From a virus (taxonomy: Duplodnaviria; Caudoviricetes): 28,458 nucleotides of DNA. The translations under genes were made by a program, and so were the position numbers. Below the pieces are notes generated by a model. It did no database searches, was not told where the DNA came from, and saw only the letters and a program-made list of their open reading frames with translations. The DNA lies in IMG/VR virus record IMGVR_UViG_3300018079_000031, positions 1 to 28,458 of that record. One strand, 5' to 3'. Below, piece after piece: positions 23,848 to 28,458 of this stretch (position 1 is the first letter of the stretch; each line of letters starts with the position of its first letter).

Positions 23848-25544
23848 GCGGCTACCCTCCAGTTTATGCCGGTTTGCACCTTCCACACAATCGGCACCTT
23901 GAGTGGAATTTCCTGCTCGTTCAACAATGCCTGGATATCCTTCTCCCTGTACGGGTTCAGCAGGTCTCCATCGACTTCATCATGCACTGTAAAGCGTAGA
24001 TTGAATTCAAGATGCTTCATTTCTCGGTACAGTTTCACCAGCTTCAGCTTCATCAGGTCAGCGGCTGAGCCTTGCAGCACGGCATTCAGGGCCGCGTGTA
24101 GCTGACGCCCGCCCGGGAACCGCCTGCGACGGCCTAAGAGCGTCCTGACGAAGCCACGCTCGCGGGCAACCCTCATGCAACGGCTCATCAGGGTCTTGGC
24201 TTCCGGGAATCGAGCGTGATAGTCGGTGAAGAATGCGTCTGACTTCTCGGGACTCAGGCCAAGGTCGTTTGCGATCTTGCGCTGGCCCATTCCGTAGACC
24301 ATGCCGAAGTTCACGTTCTTGGCCAGCTTGCGAATCAGGTTGACCATCACGGCGACTACAGCATGGAAGTCACAGTTTGGATCATCCAGGTAAGCACGGA
24401 TCAAGGCTTCGCTTTGGGAATAGTGAGCAAAGAGACGGAACTCAATTTGACTCGCGTCTCCGCTAAGCCACGCGGTTCCTTGCTTGGGAAGAAACAGCTC
24501 ACGAATGATCCAGCGCAGTGTTGCGGCGTCCTGCTTCTCCTCAGCCGAAACTTGTTGAATGTTGACTCCAGAAGCCGAGAAGCGGCCACTAACTGTGCCG
24601 TTGTCATCTGCCCTGCACTGGTGCATGTGGTATCGTAGAATTCCACCATCACGAATTGCCTCCAAGTATGCGGTTGTCGATCTAGTCCTGAGCCCGCTCA
24701 CAGCTCGCAGCGCCATCAGATCATTGCAGAGCGAAACCAGCTTCCTGTTCCACGAACCGATGGCCCTGTACGCCTTCACAGCGTTTTTGTCGAAGCAGTT
24801 CTTGCCGGTCTCGGTCGCGCTGAACTCATGAAATCCTAGCTTCTCGAACGCGGCAGTCATTTCCTTTTCAGAGCATGGGTTCAGGCCGCGTAATCCCTTC
24901 TCACGCTTCACAACCTCGGCTGCTATCTCCTCGTCCCATCGCTTCAGCTTAGGAACGTCCAGGAACGTGCCTTGATCCTCCATGTGGAGGACACAGTAGA
25001 TCAAGTCGTCCTCTAACTTCGCCACGCGCTGAAGGTCTTGTTTTGTCAACAGCTCTTCAAAGTGGTTGTCCAGGTCGAGCGTGAGTCGTGCGTCCTGGAT
25101 GGCGTAGTTCTTTATGTCGCTGCCTGCCTGCCTATGGATGTGCTGGGGGTGCCACAGAATCTCCTTCTTGGTCTTATTCAGATAGTCCTTCGACATCGAT
25201 CCCAGGTCATATTTACGCCGTCGTTCGTCGATCAAGGCGCATTTGTATTGTACACCCCTGGGTATGACGCCCAAGGCTTCTAAGTCGATCCCAGATTTTT
25301 TGAGCATCCCTAGATCCAGGGATGGGTTGACCAGCGAAACCTCCTTGCCAGGAAGCTCCTGTTTGGCCCACCGTCGAACTGCGTCTAGATCGTGCGAGTT
25401 GCCAGAAGGGTGCCCCCAGCTATAGTAATCGTCTCCCTTCGGAGATGCTACGGAAAGTCCAACGGGCCGATCAGCTCCATGCCGATCCAGCCCGGTGGTT
25501 TCCGTGTCGATTGAAATTCGCCTCACGCCGGTTAGGTCGAGCAT
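23844..25544 (-). CDS. polA: family A DNA polymerase with 3'-5' exonuclease, no 5'-3' exonuclease domain
   Basis: ExoI IDTETTG, ExoIII YAIQDA, TVSGRFS, motif A DASQIEFRLFAHYS, motif B AKNVNFGMVYG, NAVLQGSAAD, motif C TVHDE; start placed at ATG 25544 by TAATG coupling. Confidence 0.97.
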   Translation of the reverse strand: MLDLTGVRRISIDTETTGLDRHGADRPVGLSVASPKGDDYYSWGHPSGNSHDLDAVRRWAKQELPGKEVSLVNPSLDLGMLKKSGIDLEALGVIPRGVQYKCALIDERRRKYDLGSMSKDYLNKTKKEILWHPQHIHRQAGSDIKNYAIQDARLTLDLDNHFEELLTKQDLQRVAKLEDDLIYCVLHMEDQGTFLDVPKLKRWDEEIAAEVVKREKGLRGLNPCSEKEMTAAFEKLGFHEFSATETGKNCFDKNAVKAYRAIGSWNRKLVSLCNDLMALRAVSGLRTRSTTAYLEAIRDGGILRYHMHQCRADDNGTVSGRFSASGVNIQQVSAEEKQDAATLRWIIRELFLPKQGTAWLSGDASQIEFRLFAHYSQSEALIRAYLDDPNCDFHAVVAVMVNLIRKLAKNVNFGMVYGMGQRKIANDLGLSPEKSDAFFTDYHARFPEAKTLMSRCMRVARERGFVRTLLGRRRRFPGGRQLHAALNAVLQGSAADLMKLKLVKLYREMKHLEFNLRFTVHDEVDGDLLNPYREKDIQALLNEQEIPLKVPIVWKVQTGINWRVAA

Positions 25545-25606
25545 TAGTCTTGCTTCAAAAACAGACTCAAAACGCAAAGGACAATCATAATAACTATGAA
25601 AATCAT
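25544..25606 (-). CDS. 20-aa hydrophobic micropeptide (MIFIVIMIVLCVLSLFLKQD)
   Basis: ATGA overlap upstream, TAATG overlap with polA start, GGGAG RBS. Confidence 0.6.
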   Translation of the reverse strand: MIFIVIMIVLCVLSLFLKQD

Positions 25607-25887
25607 TTCGTCTCCCGCACTCGGTAGTAAGTCAATCCCTTCCAATTCTCAATTCCCTGTGGATGGTGCTTCAAGTTGTAGCCTACAAGCCAATTGGTGC
25701 GCCCGTCAAATGACTGCCGCTCCATCAACACAGCGAAGTTCAGCGGTGCTCTTGGGTCTCGCTTTCCGATGATCCGGTCGCCCCGGTAAAACTCAGGTCG
25801 CCGCGCCTTCTTGGGCGCGGCGTGAGCTTCGCCAGGACTGAACAGCTCACGGATGATCTTAAACCTGTCGAAAAGCGATTTGAACAT
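25603..25887 (-). CDS. hypothetical protein (94 aa)
   Basis: Abuts both neighbours in the operon. Confidence 0.75.
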   Translation of the reverse strand: MFKSLFDRFKIIRELFSPGEAHAAPKKARRPEFYRGDRIIGKRDPRAPLNFAVLMERQSFDGRTNWLVGYNLKHHPQGIENWKGLTYYRVRETK

Positions 25888-26415
25888 CTAGCTGCCTTCG
25901 CGCTCATTCTTCTGACGGGCGCACAGTTCCCTCAGTTCACTGGAATGCCGGTAGCCCTGATCGATAACCGACTCAACACGAAGACCTGAGCCGATATTAA
26001 TAGCGCCTACGACCTCCTCACTCTGCACGAGAGCTAGCTGTCGAAGGTTGAGGACTGAAATACGCCTTCCGAATCTACGCAGGTAGAATGCCTCCATCAT
26101 GGCGTTATAGGCAATGGCGGCCAAGTGGTAGATTCGATCTTTGAAATGGTCGTGTGGCTCTCCGGTTAGGTACATCCGAAGGTGTTCAGCAATATGGTTG
26201 GCTGGTGACTTTTCACCGTCAAGACGGCTGGTAGCGTACTGCTCTGCCGATCCGTACTTTTCGCCAGCGCAGAACGCTATTTCTGCCAGCATCTTGATGA
26301 AGTCCCAGTTCAGTCCATCGAATCGGAACGCAACAGGGACGCGCTTATCCCCTCCCAAAACCGGGTCTTTGATCCCCTGCTGATTTTGAACGGCTTTATT
26401 GTAGCCATCTTTCAT
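25888..26415 (-). CDS. DUF5664-like dATP/dGTP diphosphohydrolase-domain protein
   Basis: RFDGL-W-F---LAEI----GEKYG...H--EHL--YLTGE-HD......HLAAIAYNAMM pattern; GAGG RBS before ATG 26415. Confidence 0.75.
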   Translation of the reverse strand: MKDGYNKAVQNQQGIKDPVLGGDKRVPVAFRFDGLNWDFIKMLAEIAFCAGEKYGSAEQYATSRLDGEKSPANHIAEHLRMYLTGEPHDHFKDRIYHLAAIAYNAMMEAFYLRRFGRRISVLNLRQLALVQSEEVVGAINIGSGLRVESVIDQGYRHSSELRELCARQKNEREGS

Positions 26416-26701
26416 TTTTAACCTCAAAGTAGTTGATGGCTGCCCACTGGCTGAGCAGCGAGCCTATTACACAAAACGTGGTGTAAAAAACCGCGATGAA
26501 GGCCGCCTTGATTACGTCTCCATCCTTCATTATTCTCACCGCGTTGTCCACAAGAATGAAATTTGAGCAGATCCAAACCCCGTTGCTGAGAGTCGCCGCC
26601 CAGAGGTTGTAAAGGTAACTGTTGCTGTTCTTAGCCCGGCTGCCGACTCCATGCGAGAACTGCTGAGCGACCAATAGCAATGCCCAAAGAATCCACTTCA
26701 T
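26396..26701 (-). CDS. small multi-pass membrane protein (about 3 TM; SRAKNS and SNGVW motifs)
   Basis: Three hydrophobic segments in 101 aa; ATGA coupling. Confidence 0.8.
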   Translation of the reverse strand: MKWILWALLLVAQQFSHGVGSRAKNSNSYLYNLWAATLSNGVWICSNFILVDNAVRIMKDGDVIKAAFIAVFYTTFCVIGSLLSQWAAINYFEVKNERWLQ

Positions 26702-26904
26702 ACTTTTCCTGTGCAGAAGAGCGGCTTTGTGTACCGCAACTGGTTCTTTGGTTGGAGGAACGTCACGCTTCGATAGAGCGGGCTATAGCCCGCTCCACCG
26801 TAGGTTGTTCCTGTCTCACCACGCCAGACCGGTCGATCTTCTCTGAAAGTAGTAGAGACTTTGCGTAGAAGTGCCTGGTCTTCAACGCTAAGTTCTATTT
26901 TCAT
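26698..26904 (-). CDS. hypothetical protein
   Basis: ATGA overlaps, GGAG RBS. Confidence 0.7.
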   Translation of the reverse strand: MKIELSVEDQALLRKVSTTFREDRPVWRGETGTTYGGAGYSPLYRSVTFLQPKNQLRYTKPLFCTGKV

Positions 26905-27140
26905 TTCTGTTTCTCCGGTGGGTAGACTTCACGGTAAATCCGCACACCTCCGGTATCTTTGCCGATGTATTCGTACTCTCGAACCTCACCAGTCCTATCG
27001 AGAGTCAAGTCAGACTGCACAAAGCCGTTCTTCTGCACTGGACACCGTTCATGAACAAAAACTCGCAATATGGTGTGCTCTATGTCGATATCAAAGTCAA
27101 GCTCCAGAAAGTTGTCGGCTGAGATTGCGCGGGCTTTCAT
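26901..27140 (-). CDS. hypothetical protein
   Basis: ATGA overlaps, GGGAG RBS. Confidence 0.7.
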   Translation of the reverse strand: MKARAISADNFLELDFDIDIEHTILRVFVHERCPVQKNGFVQSDLTLDRTGEVREYEYIGKDTGGVRIYREVYPPEKQK

Positions 27141-27328
27141 AGGCTAATCTCCCGCCGTGCGTAGTGTCTCAAGCACGGCGGCTTGAGTTCCGACGTGTTG
27201 CACAGCCACTCATAAACAACAGAGACTTTCCAGTCGCTCCAGCGCCGGATGGTCGCAGCCTTCGGCGCGTTCAGCAGATGCTTGTGGAGTTCCAGCAACA
27301 GCATGTGTCTAGAGGAGTCGGGTATCAC
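27137..27328 (-). CDS. hypothetical protein
   Basis: GTGA overlap, G-rich RBS. Confidence 0.65.
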   Translation of the reverse strand: MIPDSSRHMLLLELHKHLLNAPKAATIRRWSDWKVSVVYEWLCNTSELKPPCLRHYARREISL

Positions 27329-27459
27329 CGCCCCCCCTTGTAAGAGTCAAGAGCAGCCAACTGAGCTTTGAACGCCTTATTCAGACGCTTTAACGCCTTC
27401 TCGTAGATCAACACAGCGGTGCACAACCCAGTCAAAAACCCCAAAACTAGCATTGCCAT
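27325..27459 (-). CDS. 44-aa N-terminal TM protein not in the ORF track (MAMLVLGFLTGLCTAVLIYEKALKRLNKAFKAQLAALDSYKGGR)
   Basis: Fills the gap exactly; GGAGGG RBS; stop overlaps the next GTG start. Confidence 0.65.
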   Translation of the reverse strand: MAMLVLGFLTGLCTAVLIYEKALKRLNKAFKAQLAALDSYKGGR

Positions 27460-28458
27460 AACCTGTAGCCCTCCGCCTCTTCTCTCGTCAAAAAGAAGTG
27501 AATTCCTTCAGAGCATTCTTTCCACCGATTAGTGTCAAAGTTGTTCACAACAAGATGTTTTCCTTTAGTGTAACTGAATTCAGGATCGTAGCTGGAGTAA
27601 ACAGTTCCTACGGAGGATCCCGAGATTTCTATTACAATAGCTTCGCTGGCTCTGCATTTTCTTCCGGTAGCATTCGATCTTTTTGCTGACAACGGAATTT
27701 GAAGCTCAACTATACTACCGTTGGAGCATTTTTTGTATCCTGTTATAACCCCAGAAGGAACTATAAGAAGTTGAGCAGCAATTAGTTGTGGTACATTCAA
27801 CGTCTCATTCAGATTGGCCCCGTACAGATTGGCCCCGTTCAGATTGGCCCCGTTCAGATTGGCCTCGCGCAGATTGGCCTCGCTCAGATTGGCCTCGCGC
27901 AGATTGGCCATGTACAGATTGGCCCTGCTCAGATTGGCCTCGCGCAGATTGGCCCTGATCAGATTGGCCCCGCTCAGATTGGCCCCGTTCAGATTGGCCT
28001 CGCGCAGATTGGCCCCGTACAGATTGGCCTCGCACAGATTGGCCCTGTACAGATTGGCCCCGCTCAGATTGCCCTCGCTCAGATTGGCCCCGTTCAGATT
28101 GGCCCTGCTCAGATCGGCCTCGCGCAGATTGGCCTCGCGCAGATTGGCCTCGCACAGATTGGCCTCGCTCAGATTGGCCCCGCTCAGATTGGCCTCGCGC
28201 AGATTGGCCTCGCTCAGATTGGCCCCGCTCAGATTGGCCCTGTACAGATTGGCCCCGTTCAGATTGGCCCTGTACAGATTGGCCCTGTACAGATTGGCCC
28301 CGCTCAGATTGGCCCCGTTCAGATTGGCCTCGCGCAGATTGGCCCCGTACAGATTGGCCTCGCACAGATTGGCCCTGTTCAGATTGGCCCCGCTCAGATT
28401 TCCCTCTCACAGATTGTCCCGCAGCAGTTTTGCCTTGTTCCGATTTTCCTCCCGCAGA
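27447..28458 (-). CDS. pentapeptide-repeat protein with DUF5758-like C-terminal domain; 5' end beyond or corrupted at the window edge
   Basis: ANL-x-x repeats then GYKK...IVELQIP--AKRSNATGRKCRASEA...FD-NRW-ECSEGIHFFLTREEA; frame open from 28406, with an in-frame TGA at 28407-28409. Confidence 0.88.
27808..28458 (-). repeat. 15-bp tandem coding repeat GCCAATCTG-NNN-NNN, roughly 43 units
   Basis: CAGATTGGC recurs every 15 bp on the + strand; the last few units are degenerate. Confidence 0.97.

Noticed and set aside
7570-25890. Genome-wide amber (TAG) recoding, suggested by several TAG stops in frame with the next ATG (7572, 14901, 16365, 25888)
   Set aside because: Long conserved genes are intact under the standard code, other TAG stops are out of frame with the next gene, and TAGGAG-N6-ATG RBS geometry explains two cases; no suppressor tRNA seen.
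27805-28410. 201-aa GQSER-repeat ORF on the - strand
   Set aside because: Alternative frame of the 15-bp pentapeptide repeat; open only because the repeat unit lacks stops in that frame.
1-28458. Integrated prophage with host flanks
   Set aside because: No integrase, repressor, att duplication or host housekeeping genes are visible; lifestyle cannot be determined from this window.

Overview
A 28.5-kb segment of a tailed dsDNA bacteriophage with a P22-like (podovirus) virion module. The + strand (1-23373) carries a late/structural arm: portal, scaffold, P22-type coat, a probable capsid-decoration protein, an embedded lysis pair (M15-type endolysin plus holin), gp4- and gp10-like head-completion proteins, tail/receptor-binding proteins, a tRNA-His-like element, four DNA-ejection-type proteins and a metallophosphoesterase. 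The - strand (23240-28458) carries a converging replication arm: VRR-NUC nuclease, family A DNA polymerase, a DUF5664-like nucleotide diphosphohydrolase, small membrane proteins and a pentapeptide-repeat protein cut by the window end. No terminase or integrase is visible. Most unusual signals: (1) a perfect parS-consensus palindrome in the scaffold-coat intergenic region, beside a hairpin/pseudoknot covering the coat start; (2) a protein built from three copies of one module nested inside each other, with a single intact copy inserted in the gp10-like protein; (3) the scaffold C-terminal motif reused by two tiny proteins; (4) an atypical short tRNA-His(GUG) with its own promoter; (5) a 7x126-bp near-identical repeat encoding a beta-propeller; (6) a possible Acb2/Tad1-like nucleotide sponge. 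All family assignments come from motif recognition by eye, not from database searches.
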